A stretch of DNA of 60,293 nucleotides, counting the filler. It is 5 parts of 5 records of this genome, joined end to end, with 100 filler letters (N's around TTAATTAATTAA, not from the genome) between each part and the next. Parts side by side here need not be neighbours in the genome. Positions count along the whole stretch, not along the records: positions 51,114 to 60,293 come from DRR723986_69917; 4 more parts are not named here. One strand, given 5' to 3'. The first letter of the stretch is position 1, and every line of letters starts with the position of its first letter. The notes beneath the pieces were generated by a model. That model saw only the letters and a program-made list of their open reading frames with translations, was not told the DNA's origin and did no database searches. This document shows positions 59,090 to 60,293 of the stretch, piece by piece. Made by a program: the position numbers and the translations under genes.

Positions 59090-60226
59090 ATGCGCATTGC
59101 GATAAATACACGATTCCTTTTAAAATCTAAGATGGAAGGATTTGGTTGGTTTACTTATGAAACCGTAAAGCGCATAGTTTTAGCTCATCCAGAGCATGAA
59201 TTCGTGTTTTTTTTTGATAGACCCTATGATGCGAAATTCATTTTTGCCAACAATGTTACCGGTGTCGTCTTAAAACCTCAAGCAAGACGTCCACTCTTGT
59301 TTAAAATCTGGTTTAATTACTCTTTGAAAAAAGCGTTTAAGAAACATCAAATAGACTTATTTTTCTCACCAGATGGATACCTCTCATTGACTACCGAACT
59401 TCCTCAGATAGGCGTTATTCACGATTTAAATTTCGAACATTACCCAGAAGACCTGCCTGGTTGGGCACTCAGATATTTGAAAAAATACTTTCCGAAGTTT
59501 GCTAAAAAAGCCAAGCACATCATAACGGTTTCAGAATATTCACGACAGGATATTATCAATACCTATAACATAGATCCTAATAAAATTACTGTTGCACACA
59601 ATGGTGCTTCGGAACTTTTCAAGCCGCTTAAAGAACTTAGTAAAGTTGCCGTTCAACAACAATACGCAAAAGGTAATTCCTATTTCGTATTTGTTGGCGC
59701 CCTACATGCCAGAAAAAACGTGCAACGATTGTTCAAGGCCTATGACATTTTCAAATCTAATTCTAACTCTACAACGCAATTGGTAATTGTCGGTGAAAAA
59801 CTATGGAGAGACCCTTCATTAGAAAAAACCTATCAACAGCTTCAATTCAAAAATGAAATCCATTTTACTGGACATTTACCTATGGATGAATTGGTAAAAG
59901 TAGTTGGAGCCGCAAAAGCTATGATTTTCCCTTCTTATTTTGAAGGATTTGGTATCCCCCTTGTAGAGGCCATGCAATCCGGAGTACCTGTAGTATGCGG
60001 CGATAGAACAGCTTTACCCGAAGTAGTTCAAAATGCTGGATTATTAGTAGACCCCTTTGATGATCGAAGTATAGCGGATGGCATGACAATCGTTGATACT
60101 GAAGATGAATTCAGAGCCAAAATGATCGAAAAAGGGCTAGAAAGAGCCGAACAATTTAGCTGGGATTTTACAGCAGATAAAATTTGGTCGGTCCTTGAAA
60201 GGGAGCTTGAGGAATTGAAAAAGTAA
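59090..60226 (+). CDS. Glycosyltransferase family 4 (GT4)
   Basis: VIHDL; ITVSEYS; RKN; FPSYFEGFGIPLVEAM. Confidence 0.94.
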   Translation: MRIAINTRFLLKSKMEGFGWFTYETVKRIVLAHPEHEFVFFFDRPYDAKFIFANNVTGVVLKPQARRPLLFKIWFNYSLKKAFKKHQIDLFFSPDGYLSLTTELPQIGVIHDLNFEHYPEDLPGWALRYLKKYFPKFAKKAKHIITVSEYSRQDIINTYNIDPNKITVAHNGASELFKPLKELSKVAVQQQYAKGNSYFVFVGALHARKNVQRLFKAYDIFKSNSNSTTQLVIVGEKLWRDPSLEKTYQQLQFKNEIHFTGHLPMDELVKVVGAAKAMIFPSYFEGFGIPLVEAMQSGVPVVCGDRTALPEVVQNAGLLVDPFDDRSIADGMTIVDTEDEFRAKMIEKGLERAEQFSWDFTADKIWSVLERELEELKK

Positions 60227-60233
60227 AGTCTGT

Positions 60234-60293
60234 TCTCGATTTTCGATTTTCGATTCTCGTTTTTCGATTCTCGATTCTCGATTTTCGATTTTC
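60234..60293 (+). repeat. 7-bp tandem repeat (CGATTTT/CGATTCT)
   Basis: About 8 copies running to the end of the window. Confidence 0.9.

Overview
The window is five separate Bacteroidota contigs joined by artificial 100-nt spacers (N-runs around TTAATTAATTAA) at 9988-10087, 18565-18664, 28459-28558 and 51014-51113, so adjacency across spacers means nothing. By eye, contigs 1 and 5 look more AT-rich and Flavobacteriales-like and contigs 2-4 look Cyclobacteriaceae/Algoriphagus-like; this is an inference. Contig 1 holds small membrane proteins and lipoproteins, two esterases, a methyltransferase, a TonB-dependent-like receptor and a GNAT. Contig 2 holds an arylsulfatase, a HAD lipoprotein and five putative outer-membrane beta-barrel genes. 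Contig 3 holds ccmD/C/B with vapBC and a serpin between ccmC and ccmB, then htpG, a small islet, and an Rrf2-DUF2061-cysH-cysD sulfate-assimilation operon. Contig 4 holds map, an SDR, a VOC protein, a large accessory region, parDE, an AAA/DUF4143 ATPase, a TetR-TolC-MFP-RND efflux operon and the 5' end of tRNA-Leu. Contig 5 holds the lon 3' end, a T9SS cargo protein with a di-haem peroxidase, two FkbM methyltransferases, RidA, an inverted pair of paralogous two-gene operons and a GT4. The most notable signals are four. (1) Integron-type gene cassettes with attC-like sites and no integrase in the window (about 37.3-41.6 kb). (2) A 3.8-kb integrase-less islet with Abi-like cargo, bounded by a 28-bp direct repeat of 11-6-11 dyad form. 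(3) A phased array of twelve 21-bp units immediately after that islet. (4) A bacteriocin-like lipoprotein plus an unannotated 56-aa two-TM partner, between two synonymous copies of the htpG 3' end.
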